From: Eubacteriales bacterium
Lineage (GTDB): Bacteria; Bacillota; Clostridia; Oscillospirales; QAMX01
NCBI GenBank assembly: GCA_045639125.1
Contig: JAZUCL010000021.1
Span: 11,526 to 75,525, forward strand
Length of the DNA: 64,000 nt
Direction: 5' to 3'
Made by a program: the position numbers and the translations under genes. Below, piece by piece: positions 7,647-17,388 of the stretch (the stretch's first letter is position 1; each line of letters begins with the position of its first letter). The notes beneath the pieces are model-generated. The model was given only the letters and a program-made list of their open reading frames with translations, was not told the DNA's origin and made no database searches.

Positions 7647-7822
7647 GCTAATGCATTTACAGTTTTGATAAATTTTCCCGCATTTTGAACAGTGTGTCTC
7701 CTCATCAATAAATGCTAGTCCAAAGCCTATCCATCAAGGTATAATGAGTAGATTCCTCTGATGATACTTGCAGAAATATATTTATTACTACAATAATGAA
7801 ATGATTTCCTTGAAATTGAAAG

Positions 7823-7853
7823 GAATGAGCCCGGTACAATACCGAACTCATTC
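7823..7853 (-). terminator. Terminator of the addB-addA-small ORF operon
   Basis: gaatgag-cc-cggta-caa-taccg-aa-ctcattc hairpin, with a T-rich tail on the minus strand. Confidence 0.55.
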
Positions 7854-7936
7854 ACTTACAATTTAATATTTAATTTTGTCTAAACTTTGGGGTTCACTTC
7901 ATTTTTCGTGGGGACTTTTATTACAGCCCCTTTGTT

Positions 7937-8098
7937 CTACTTCTTTTTATGACGTTTGATTATCCAAACTACAATGGCAATCAATACGACTATGGTGGCA
8001 ATTCCAATTATAATCAACTCCGTTGATATATTGGATGTAACTAAGATAGCGGTTGGACCGTCTGCACCACCGATAACGCCTATGGATAACAAATTCAT
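7937..8098 (-). CDS. 53-aa small membrane protein (absent from the ORF track, which lists no ORF shorter than 60 aa)
   Basis: Reads MNLLSIGVIGGADGPTAILVTSNISTELIIIGIATIVVLIAIVVWIIKRHKKK. AGGAGG sits 5 nt upstream. It has one clear TM helix and a basic tail, and lies 58 nt downstream of addA. Confidence 0.6.
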   Translation of the reverse strand: MNLLSIGVIGGADGPTAILVTSNISTELIIIGIATIVVLIAIVVWIIKRHKKK

Positions 8099-8156
8099 TT
8101 TGTCCTCCTATCTTAACCTTAGCCATTTGAGGCAGGTTCGTATAATACTCAAATGG

Positions 8157-11100
8157 CTAAACAAGTAGCGGAAGGTCTGCATCGAAAAGGTAGAGATAAG
8201 TTTTAGTAACAGGTATACCTGTAATTCGCTCCAATGCATAGGCATAAAGCCTCATTTGAGTACGATACCTTTCGACAATTTCCGTTTCCATACCGACACG
8301 ACAGTGGTCAGTTTTGAAATCAATAAGCGTTATTTCGCCATTTGATATAAAATAGCAGTCAATAACTCCTTGTATGAGTAACTTGTCATTAAAATCAATA
8401 TCCTCGTCCTTTGGGTCAAGAGGTTTCCCTTCCAGAACTGCATCAACTGTGGCAGGTGCGGCAAGAAGTGAAAACTTTCGTTCACGGAAATATTCTTTTG
8501 CACCTAAAAGGGCTTTTCCAATGTCACTTTCAAAAAAGGCAAGGAGTTTTTGAGGATTTATTGCATCAGTTTGAGCCTTTGTCAAAAAGCCAAAGGAACG
8601 CAATCTTAGAAGTTCCTTTTGTATGCTTTCAATGTTCCAAATACGGTCAAAGTCAATAAACTGCATGGCAAGGTGGTGTGCTGTTCCTCGTTGTGACGGA
8701 GTCAACGCTTTATCCGACAGAAAAGATGGTTTGCGATTTCTTTGTGTTGGCTTAGGTACTAAAATTGTAACTTCGTCTTCATTTGGAATGGTCACAAAGT
8801 TTTTATTCTTTAGTTCTGTTGCAGTTGCTTTTGACGGTGTATTTGTTGCATCAATATAAGGATAAACGTATTTTTCTGTCTTTTCAAGAAGTGTTTGATA
8901 CTTTGTATCAAGTGGTATTGACGTTTCCATATTGTCTGTAAACTTAGTCATTGTATCTGCACTTTCATCTTCCGACGTAAAGACACGAACATTCCAATAA
9001 GCACCTGAATCCTCATTAGTTGACAAGTTGGACTTGTCCAACAAAACAAGAGGATACATAATCCAAGGTAATATATTGTTGCTTGTTATAAGCAGGGCAG
9101 GGGAAATCGTTTCGTGACTTAGAGTAGTCTCAAGTTTTGACCGATAGTTGTCAAAGTTCTTGACGTTTGCAGAAAGTATTAGTTTTTCTTTTGCACGAGT
9201 CATTGCAACGTAGAGAATACGAAGTTCCTCAGATAAGGTTTCATGTCGAATGGAAAGTGAGATGGCATGACGTGCAATAGTTGGATATTCAATACGGCGA
9301 GATTCCTCACGTGCCTTAAAGCCAATACCGAGTTTTGCGTGGAGAAGCACCGTATTTTGAGTATCGCTCATATTAAACTGCTTTGCACAATCGGGCACAA
9401 AGACAATGGGGAACTCTAATCCCTTTGACTTGTGAATACTCATAATGCGTACAGACTTTGTATCTGCTTGACTTGGCGTGCCGATTTTCGTAGAGTTAGC
9501 ACTGCTTCTTAGCCGTTCAATAAAGTGGGTAAATGCGTATAAGCCCTTATATCCTGCCTGCTCATATCGTCTTGCAAGGTCAAAAAGTGCGACTAAATTT
9601 GTTTGACGCTGTGTACCGTCCAGGAAAGAACCATACACAGAAAGGAGATTTGTCTTGTCGTATAGATACCACAAAAAACGTCCTACAGTCATATCTCCTG
9701 CACGCATACGCATTTCGTCAATGTCGGAAAGAAGTGAGATACATCTGTTTTTAAGACTCTCAGAATCTCCGCTTTCTGCATAGGTACGCAGTGCGGTATA
9801 GTAGGAAACGTACTTGTTTGCAACACGAATACGAGCCAAATCGTCAGTTGTAAAGCGGTATACAGGGCAACGTAGTATGGCAACGAGGGCGATATCATTA
9901 TCGGGGTTGTCAAGGACAGTTAAAAATGACAACGCTGTATTACATTCCTGCGTTTCAAGAAGTGGCTGTGACACTTCGCTTCGACATGGTATGCCGTATT
10001 GTGCCAATGCATCGATATAATCATCAACCTTTGTAGATAAGGAACGTAGCAGAATAACAATATCGTTTGCCTCTACACTTCGTAATTCACCACTGTTTGA
10101 GTCAGTTACAGGAAAATGCTCGGCAAGCAGTTCTTTTATACGTTTTGCAACCGCTTTTGCTTCTGCGAAAGATCCTTTTTCCTCCAAATCTTTCGTTTCA
10201 ACTATTAGTAATTCAGAAGAAAGGTCTGCAGAAGTTTCAGGATATGGCTTGCCATGATATAGATACTCTTTAGATGAGTAGTCTACATCACCTAATTGAG
10301 ATGTCATAATAGACTTGAAAATATAGTTGACTGAATCAAGGACTTGTGGACGTGAGCGGAAGTTCTTTGACAAAAGTATCTTTCTTGCCTCGAACTCATT
10401 TGGCGTATCAGAGAAGGAAAGATATTTGTCAAGGAAGATAAATGGGTCGGCAAGACGGAAACCGTAGATGCTTTGCTTAATGTCACCTACCATAAACAGA
10501 TTTGTTTCCTTTTTTGAAATTGCCTTAAATATAGCGTCTTGCACTTCGTTTGTATCCTGATACTCGTCAACCATTATCTCTGCATATCGCTGTGATAAAT
10601 CAACGGCGAGAGGAGTGGGAGTTACTTTGCCATCGTGATAACTTTCCACAAGGAGAGAAACGGCAAAATGCTCCAAATCGGAGAAATCCAACACGTTATG
10701 TTGACGTTTTACGTCACTAAATCGTTTGTCAAATGCAGATACAATGTTAAATAGAGCGTGGCAGAGAGGAGATGTTCTTTGAAAATCTAAAAGTGCCTCT
10801 TGGGCAGTGACCGTAAAATATCTTTCACGAAATGTTTTGACACAACTCTTCCAATTTTCACGGACACTTTTGATAGCCTCAAGTGTCGCTTTATCTTCAT
10901 ATCCACGTATTGCATGAAGGGAGAGGTGTTCAATGTTCCAAAGGGTATTATATATTTGATCCCAATTACCGTGTTCAAGCATTGTGTGAAGTGTTTCCAT
11001 TTCATCACGATCTGCTAAAAACGCATCACCATAGGCTTTTGATATTTCAGAGTCGTTATTTATTGTATCAAGGGCAGATTTGTATGACGTGCGGATACGC

Positions 11101-11774
11101 TTCAATTCAGAAAGAGCATAGGAGATAATAGTTTTGCCAAAAATTGTCTGGGCAGGATCTAACGTACAAGCAGCGTCAAGTTCTTTCAACTGATGACTTA
11201 TCCAAAGTTCAGGAAATGGGTGGGAACGGAGTTTTTTATACATGTCCAATATGACTGCCACAAAATTTCTGTCATCACGTTCAGCACTTAACACATCAAC
11301 AAGTGAAAGGAAATCTTGATTTCCTTCTGTGTACATTTCTTCTATAAGAGAATCAAGTGTAGTTTCCTCTAATGTTTTCGCCTCTTGGTCGTCTGCAATA
11401 CGAAAATCGGGGGCAAGGTGACACATTTCAAAATGCTCACGTAAAAGAGATTGGCAGAATCCGTGTACAGTATTTATCTGTGCATCAGCAAGGAGTGAGA
11501 GTTGTCGGCGAAGTCTGCGATTATACGGATTTTTAATAAGTTTATCTGTAATGGCAGAATATATTTTGCCTTTCATCTCTGTCGCCGCCGCATTTGTGAA
11601 TGTTACAATTAAGAACTCATTGATATTGGTTTGTTCCTTATCACATATACGGCGAATAAGACGTTCTACAAGTACGGCAGTTTTACCTGAACCTGCCGCT
11701 GCAGATACAAGAAGTGTAGAATTGCGATGATCAAGCACCTGCTGTTGTTCTAACGTCCAGGATACATCAGCCAT
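8157..11774 (-). CDS. addA: ATP-dependent helicase/nuclease AddA
   Basis: 1205 aa. UvrD-type Walker A AAGSGKT is present, with a C-terminal RecB-like nuclease region. It overlaps the addB stop by 8 nt. Confidence 0.92.
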   Translation of the reverse strand: MADVSWTLEQQQVLDHRNSTLLVSAAAGSGKTAVLVERLIRRICDKEQTNINEFLIVTFTNAAATEMKGKIYSAITDKLIKNPYNRRLRRQLSLLADAQINTVHGFCQSLLREHFEMCHLAPDFRIADDQEAKTLEETTLDSLIEEMYTEGNQDFLSLVDVLSAERDDRNFVAVILDMYKKLRSHPFPELWISHQLKELDAACTLDPAQTIFGKTIISYALSELKRIRTSYKSALDTINNDSEISKAYGDAFLADRDEMETLHTMLEHGNWDQIYNTLWNIEHLSLHAIRGYEDKATLEAIKSVRENWKSCVKTFRERYFTVTAQEALLDFQRTSPLCHALFNIVSAFDKRFSDVKRQHNVLDFSDLEHFAVSLLVESYHDGKVTPTPLAVDLSQRYAEIMVDEYQDTNEVQDAIFKAISKKETNLFMVGDIKQSIYGFRLADPFIFLDKYLSFSDTPNEFEARKILLSKNFRSRPQVLDSVNYIFKSIMTSQLGDVDYSSKEYLYHGKPYPETSADLSSELLIVETKDLEEKGSFAEAKAVAKRIKELLAEHFPVTDSNSGELRSVEANDIVILLRSLSTKVDDYIDALAQYGIPCRSEVSQPLLETQECNTALSFLTVLDNPDNDIALVAILRCPVYRFTTDDLARIRVANKYVSYYTALRTYAESGDSESLKNRCISLLSDIDEMRMRAGDMTVGRFLWYLYDKTNLLSVYGSFLDGTQRQTNLVALFDLARRYEQAGYKGLYAFTHFIERLRSSANSTKIGTPSQADTKSVRIMSIHKSKGLEFPIVFVPDCAKQFNMSDTQNTVLLHAKLGIGFKAREESRRIEYPTIARHAISLSIRHETLSEELRILYVAMTRAKEKLILSANVKNFDNYRSKLETTLSHETISPALLITSNNILPWIMYPLVLLDKSNLSTNEDSGAYWNVRVFTSEDESADTMTKFTDNMETSIPLDTKYQTLLEKTEKYVYPYIDATNTPSKATATELKNKNFVTIPNEDEVTILVPKPTQRNRKPSFLSDKALTPSQRGTAHHLAMQFIDFDRIWNIESIQKELLRLRSFGFLTKAQTDAINPQKLLAFFESDIGKALLGAKEYFRERKFSLLAAPATVDAVLEGKPLDPKDEDIDFNDKLLIQGVIDCYFISNGEITLIDFKTDHCRVGMETEIVERYRTQMRLYAYALERITGIPVTKTYLYLFDADLPLLV

Positions 11775-14700
11775 TTACCTCATCTCCTTTCTTCTTAGAG
11801 TCAAGGAAATCAAAAAATTCTTCTGCTTTCATACTCCTCTTTACACGGCGTTTGTCTGAAATGTCCGAGAAGTTGCAAAATCTATAATAGTCGCACCAAT
11901 CGCATATTGAATTGCGAGTGCTGTCCGAAATCGGATTTGCCTCAACATGTCCGTCAAGAATACTTTTTGCCGTATCACGTAAAGTATCACGAGCACAGTT
12001 GCGAAGTAGGCGAAATTCTGTATCGTTAATGGCATTTGAATTTTTGCTGAGAGTACCATCTTTGTTTATACTAATAGGCAAAAAACGAGAAGATGTATTG
12101 GCTGTGTCTTCCATTGCCATAAGAATTTCAGCATTATTTGTTACAACGCCACTTCGTCCCATTGCACCAAAATACTCTTTTAAGTATTCCTCATCGCTTT
12201 TGTGTCGCTGCGACGAGATGACAGGCAGACGTGCAGCAACATAAAGAATACCTGCATCTGATACAGATTTGGCATCTGCAAACTCACTATGTAGTGATTT
12301 GTATTGCTCAAATGTATCTTCAAGTGCTGCAAGATACAACGGCATTTGTAAACTTAAACCCACTGCCAAATCACCAAATGAGAATACCTTTGTACCGCTT
12401 TTATAGTCTACGACACGAATATACAGGGTATCATCTTTAAGATACGTATCTACTCGGTCAACTACGCCGATAAACTCTGCAGACCTGTCATCATCGAGTG
12501 GGACTGATACGGCAGGCAAAGACTTTTCATCGGTGTTTAGACCGCCAAAGTGTAATTCAAAGTCTGTGGGGACAAATTGAGAATGAGCAAATTCCGTATG
12601 GAGATTGTCCAAAAGACCGTATACTGTGTTTTTAAGGCGTGAGAATAGATAGATAAAACGTGCACTTTTACCTTCAAAATCACCGAAATAGTTGTGTATA
12701 TAGTCGTCGATGTGACGATTTGCAACAATTCGTATATCGTCGATTGGTGCGTCACCAAATCGTTTGAATTTAGTTTGACATTCACGTATGGTATGCTCTA
12801 AGATGTAGTGGAGGAATGTGCCGACTTCAGGTGCATCAAAGGCGATATTTTTTCGTGCCTTTAAGCGAAGTCCGTAGAGAGAAAAGTAGCGGTATCTACA
12901 TGAACTCCAACAATCAATACGAGAGGCGGTAAGGCGGAGTTTTTTGCCGTAGAGAGCAGTTTTTATCGTGTCATCGGTAAGAGAATCACGATTTGGTCTG
13001 CTTTTTTCAATGAGTTCCTTTGCCTTATCACTCTTTTTAAGAACGTCAAAAAGTGAGCGGGATAGGGAGTCACTTCTACCCATGGCATAGGCAAGGGTTG
13101 CAGATGATGAGTAGAGTTTATAAGGTTTTAACTCACTTTCTGACTCGCATTTACAAAGTGGAAACATATTTTTAATTTGACGCATATAGGGAGAAACATG
13201 GCAAATAGAGCCGTCACCTGACGTCTCACTTCTTGATAATATTAACGTCTGTGTCGGTGCAACACAAGCACGAAGCAGTGATAACTGCTCTTGTACCATA
13301 CGAAGTGCAGGAGTGTCTGAAAGTTCTACACCAAACTCCTCCAACTGTGTGCGGTCTGTATCTGACAAAATTCCACTTGTGGAAGAAGATGCCGGCAGTA
13401 CACCATCTGACATACCGAGAATAATCAATACTTTTGGGTGATGGAAACCGATAGAAGAAATACTGCCTGTATGTATACGGTCAATTGATGATGGTATGAC
13501 GTTTACATCATAACAAGCAAGGCACATTAAAAATAATTCGCAAAACTGAGTGGGTGACATTGGCATATCGCCAAGAGTATCAACAAAACTGTCAAAGCAA
13601 GTACATACGATATCCCAAAGTCTATCGTATTTATCTGCGACAGTTAATTCTCCCATTTCACGATATTTGTCACTTCGCATATTTAACGCATTTGCAAAGT
13701 TCATATCCTCAAGGAAATGGAAAAATGCAGTTGCCTTTTCACGTCCTGTACTATTGCTGGATAACCTGTGATATAGGTCAATAAGTGGCTTGCAAACTGC
13801 GTTACGTATCTCGTTGATTTTGTCAAGACGTGCCTTTGAATCATCGTTCATTTGGGAAGAAAGACCATCGGGATTCATGTGCCACGCCTTTTCGCTACGC
13901 CATTTATTTCCTGTAAGTTTATACTGGAGTGTGTAGTTTTCGAGAGTGTGTATACTGTCATTGTCTATGGGAGTCAATCCTGTTTTTAACCAACGATAGA
14001 TGTCATCTGAGTCAAATCCGTTAGTTACTGTTTTCAAAACAGCGTCAATGAATACAACGGCAGGAGTTGCCATAACATCACTTTTTACACCATCGAAAAT
14101 AGGCAAGTCATATCGTTCAAATACGGCGGAGAGCGTCTGATGATAACTTTCAGGGTCGGCATACAAAACGGCAAAATCACGAAGTCGAGCATTCCCGTCA
14201 TAAAGAATATTGCGAATATATGCTGCTGCATACTCACATTCGCTGTATGGTGATTGTGCAGTATAAAGATGTACACATTCGGCAGGTGAGTCATAGACTT
14301 TGCCGTTATATGTAAAGATGTTGTCCTCCAAAAATGCTAAAGGTGCAGGGCTTTGACGAGTAGGCAAGGAGACTATATCACATCGCTTACCTTGCTGGGC
14401 GGCGTAGGAATAGAAGAACAACGCATTTTTAGCCGATTTAAGATAGACGTTTTCTTCTGACGCATCGTCAAGGGAAATGCAATCGAATGCTGCATATACT
14501 TCGTCTGAACCTTTTATCATCTGCTTAACAATACGTTTTTCCTGTGTCGTAAAGCCTGAAAATCCAAATATGTAGATTTGTGCACCTGTGAAGTAATTTG
14601 GATTTTCGTCTAATGTGTCGGCAACACGAGTGAGTGTGTCACGAGGGTCACTTCGCTGACAAAGACTACAGTAGGCAGAATAGATGAGATGTAAGTCGAA

Positions 14701-15156
14701 AAGTTTATTTTTTAATCTAAGGCTACAAAGTGCAGATATTTCTTCTAAATGGGACGGGGATATATCTGCTTGTTTTAATTCACTCGTAATTGAAAGAAGG
14801 TTTTTTAGGAGTTTTGTCATGTTTTCGCAGTGATTGTACACTTTAAGTTGGCTTTGCACAAGTGTATAGGCACGATACATATTGAGAAGTTGACCGCCTT
14901 CGTCAAGTACCTCGTCAGAAATACCACCAAAGGTGCTAAAAATACGATTTGCAAGACGTGTAAAAGTTAAAACCTCACACATCTGTGCTACACTATCTCC
15001 ACCAAACGCACAAAGCATACGTTCTGCATGGTGCGACCACGTTTCAGGCACAAGAATAATCTGCTTACTTGCCCCTAAACGTGCGTGTTCTTTTGCTAAT
15101 TTATAGATGTATTCTTCCTTTTGAGCAGTCATACCACCAAGAATCAGACGAAACAT
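11767..15156 (-). CDS. addB: ATP-dependent helicase/nuclease AddB
   Basis: Sits upstream of addA. C-terminal cysteines CDWCDYYRFC match the AddB Fe-S cluster. The start is moved to ATG 15156 (MFRLILGG) because GGAAGGAGG precedes it. Confidence 0.9.
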   Translation of the reverse strand: MFRLILGGMTAQKEEYIYKLAKEHARLGASKQIILVPETWSHHAERMLCAFGGDSVAQMCEVLTFTRLANRIFSTFGGISDEVLDEGGQLLNMYRAYTLVQSQLKVYNHCENMTKLLKNLLSITSELKQADISPSHLEEISALCSLRLKNKLFDLHLIYSAYCSLCQRSDPRDTLTRVADTLDENPNYFTGAQIYIFGFSGFTTQEKRIVKQMIKGSDEVYAAFDCISLDDASEENVYLKSAKNALFFYSYAAQQGKRCDIVSLPTRQSPAPLAFLEDNIFTYNGKVYDSPAECVHLYTAQSPYSECEYAAAYIRNILYDGNARLRDFAVLYADPESYHQTLSAVFERYDLPIFDGVKSDVMATPAVVFIDAVLKTVTNGFDSDDIYRWLKTGLTPIDNDSIHTLENYTLQYKLTGNKWRSEKAWHMNPDGLSSQMNDDSKARLDKINEIRNAVCKPLIDLYHRLSSNSTGREKATAFFHFLEDMNFANALNMRSDKYREMGELTVADKYDRLWDIVCTCFDSFVDTLGDMPMSPTQFCELFLMCLACYDVNVIPSSIDRIHTGSISSIGFHHPKVLIILGMSDGVLPASSSTSGILSDTDRTQLEEFGVELSDTPALRMVQEQLSLLRACVAPTQTLILSRSETSGDGSICHVSPYMRQIKNMFPLCKCESESELKPYKLYSSSATLAYAMGRSDSLSRSLFDVLKKSDKAKELIEKSRPNRDSLTDDTIKTALYGKKLRLTASRIDCWSSCRYRYFSLYGLRLKARKNIAFDAPEVGTFLHYILEHTIRECQTKFKRFGDAPIDDIRIVANRHIDDYIHNYFGDFEGKSARFIYLFSRLKNTVYGLLDNLHTEFAHSQFVPTDFELHFGGLNTDEKSLPAVSVPLDDDRSAEFIGVVDRVDTYLKDDTLYIRVVDYKSGTKVFSFGDLAVGLSLQMPLYLAALEDTFEQYKSLHSEFADAKSVSDAGILYVAARLPVISSQRHKSDEEYLKEYFGAMGRSGVVTNNAEILMAMEDTANTSSRFLPISINKDGTLSKNSNAINDTEFRLLRNCARDTLRDTAKSILDGHVEANPISDSTRNSICDWCDYYRFCNFSDISDKRRVKRSMKAEEFFDFLDSKKKGDEVNG

Positions 15157-15330
15157 ATTATGCCTCCTTCCACTAAGCCTTTTCTTTATTGTACCACAAA
15201 GTATTTGATAAAAAAAGTACAAAATACTTACTCGTTTCAATTATTAGGCAAATGTTGAAACTTTATTATATGTTAGGACGTCAAAAAAGGTATAAGATTA
15301 TAATTGTTTTCCGATTAGGAGGATTATCAA

Positions 15331-16845
15331 ATGAAAAGATTAATTTCCATTTTGCTGTCTATTTGTTTGATTTCGACTTGTTTTACTACATTTGCCGTAT
15401 CAAATCAGCCGTCAGAGTGGGCAAAAAGTATAGTTTCAAGTGCGATTTCTAAGGGAATTGTTCCTAAAAAATTACAGAGTAACTACCAAGATACAGTTAC
15501 AAGAAGTGAATTTACATCTCTTATTTACTCTCTTTGGGAGGCGTGGGCTGCTGAGGGTATTTCTTCCGTATCAGAGGAAAAAGTCAATGAATTATCTAAT
15601 GAGTATGAACCATTTACAGATTGTAAAGACAAGTCAGTTTTGTTTTGTGCTTCACTTGGTATTGTAGACGGTGTGGGCAACAATCAATTCTTGCCTAATG
15701 CACCTGTGACACGTCAGCAGGCAGCAAAGATATTGCAACGTGCGTGTTCTGTACTTGCTGAACACGTTGTACGTGAGGACGATATGATTACCACGGCATT
15801 TCGTGGTATAACGTCTTGGCAACTGCCCCATATTTGGGCAGATGGCGACGAGATACGCAGTTGGGCAAGAAACGAGATTATGTGGTGTTATCGCCATAAT
15901 GTAATGTCGGGTGTTGGAGAAAACAATTTTTTGCCAAATGGCTCTTTTACGAGAGAGCAGGCTATTGCAACGGTTCTTCGCCTTTACTATGAAAATGGAC
16001 GTGCAATAGAAAATGCACAGAACCCAAAGGATTTCTATCCAATATATGAAGGTGTAAATACTCGTGCAGTTTCATATTGGCTTGACTCGTCTTTAGAAAA
16101 ACACAGTACAGACGAGTTAGGTCATCTTCCAAATCCTGACAGCGTAGTTGGTGTAATTATTGCAAGTACGGGCGTTGGAGCGACACGATTCAATATAATT
16201 GATAAGGCTGGCAACCGCCTTTTGAGAGATTTATGGGATGCAGACGGATATTTTTCCGATGTTAAAATCTTTTATCCTTACGCTGAAGTTCGCTATAATG
16301 GTGAAGTGAAACTCGTTGACCTTACTACAAACGAGGTTTATGAAGGAGTAAGTATCAAGGACTATATCTCTCCTGCACCTGTCTTGCCAACACCACTTTA
16401 TAAAGGCTCTGTGGTAGAGGAGAATGGCTTTTATCACATTGTTTCAGGTGACGGAAAAGCGTTGTCTAAAGAGTATAGAAACAAAATGGAGCGTTTTGGA
16501 GAAAACTTGTATATAGGTTGGGTGTCCGACTCACCACGAAAATACGATATACTATACTGTGATGGGGAAAATGAGGCAAAAGTTTTACGAACAGAGGAGT
16601 TTAGATTTAATAATCAAGTACATTCTCTTGGCGGCGGTCTGTATGCGGTACAAAATACTGACAAAAAAATCACGGTATTTGATGTGTACGGCGATACGAT
16701 AGGTGAAATTGTAAGTGATGATGACGATATAGTTCTTTATGGATCTGCCGGAGGTCTTTTATGGACATCAAGTGCAGAACAAAATGAAGTGTATTACACG
16801 CCGAGTGGTATAGCGGTGCATACAAAAAGTGTTGATTTGAAATAA
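15331..16845 (+). CDS. Secreted protein with SLH (S-layer homology)-type repeats
   Basis: Signal peptide MKRLISILLSICLISTCFTTFAVS. Repeats such as GIVDGVGNNQFLPNAPVTRQQAAKIL and VMSGVGENNFLPNGSFTREQAIATVL are present. Confidence 0.7.
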   Translation: MKRLISILLSICLISTCFTTFAVSNQPSEWAKSIVSSAISKGIVPKKLQSNYQDTVTRSEFTSLIYSLWEAWAAEGISSVSEEKVNELSNEYEPFTDCKDKSVLFCASLGIVDGVGNNQFLPNAPVTRQQAAKILQRACSVLAEHVVREDDMITTAFRGITSWQLPHIWADGDEIRSWARNEIMWCYRHNVMSGVGENNFLPNGSFTREQAIATVLRLYYENGRAIENAQNPKDFYPIYEGVNTRAVSYWLDSSLEKHSTDELGHLPNPDSVVGVIIASTGVGATRFNIIDKAGNRLLRDLWDADGYFSDVKIFYPYAEVRYNGEVKLVDLTTNEVYEGVSIKDYISPAPVLPTPLYKGSVVEENGFYHIVSGDGKALSKEYRNKMERFGENLYIGWVSDSPRKYDILYCDGENEAKVLRTEEFRFNNQVHSLGGGLYAVQNTDKKITVFDVYGDTIGEIVSDDDDIVLYGSAGGLLWTSSAEQNEVYYTPSGIAVHTKSVDLK

Positions 16846-16851
16846 ATTAAA

Positions 16852-16882
16852 AGAGTGTCAGAAATTTTCTGACACTCTTTTA
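16852..16882 (+). terminator. Rho-independent terminator
   Basis: agagtgtcag-aaatttt-ctgacactct followed by TTTT. Confidence 0.8.
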
Positions 16883-16886
16883 ATTT

Positions 16887-17262
16887 GGTGCGACTAAGCC
16901 TGTAAGCCGGGTTCTGTCGAGAACAATCATCTATCTTGGCTGTATGTTGCCACACAACTCATGCCACCTATGAAACACGCCGGGCAAGCGTTGATCACTT
17001 AAGATCGGTTTCTTCTGCGGTGTTGCTCCGGATAGAGTTTACAGGACCATTCGGTCTCCCGATGGTCGGTGAGCTCTTACCTCGCCTTTCCACCCTTACC
17101 ACGTCGATGCAAGAACGACATGGCGGTATATCTCTGTTGCACTTTTCCTGAAGTCGCCTTCGGCGGGCGTTACCCGTTATCCCTGCCCTATGGAGCCCGG
17201 ACTTTCCTCACTGTATCACCTTTCGGTATTGTACAGCGCGATTGTTTTGCTTACTCGCAAGT
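16887..17262 (-). ncRNA. rnpB: RNase P RNA (type A)
   Basis: The minus strand carries GAGGAAAGTCCGGGCTCC (P4 5' strand), GGTAAGGGTGGAAAGG and ACAGAACCCGGCTTA (P4 3' strand). P1 pairs GCGAGTAAGC with GCTTAGTCGC. Ends are accurate to about 5 nt. Confidence 0.9.
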
Positions 17263-17344
17263 GTAGTATAGCACAGTTAAAATTGAGATTCAAGGGCAAA
17301 CGAAAAGTTTATTTAGATATACTGTGTAAAATATAAATGAATTA

Positions 17345-17377
17345 CACAAAAACCGCCGTGGAATGTTCCACGGCGGT
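17345..17377 (-). terminator. Terminator of the PEPCK gene
   Basis: aaccgccgtgga...tccacggcggtt followed by TTTTT on the minus strand. Confidence 0.8.
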
Positions 17378-17388
17378 TAAGTCTATTT

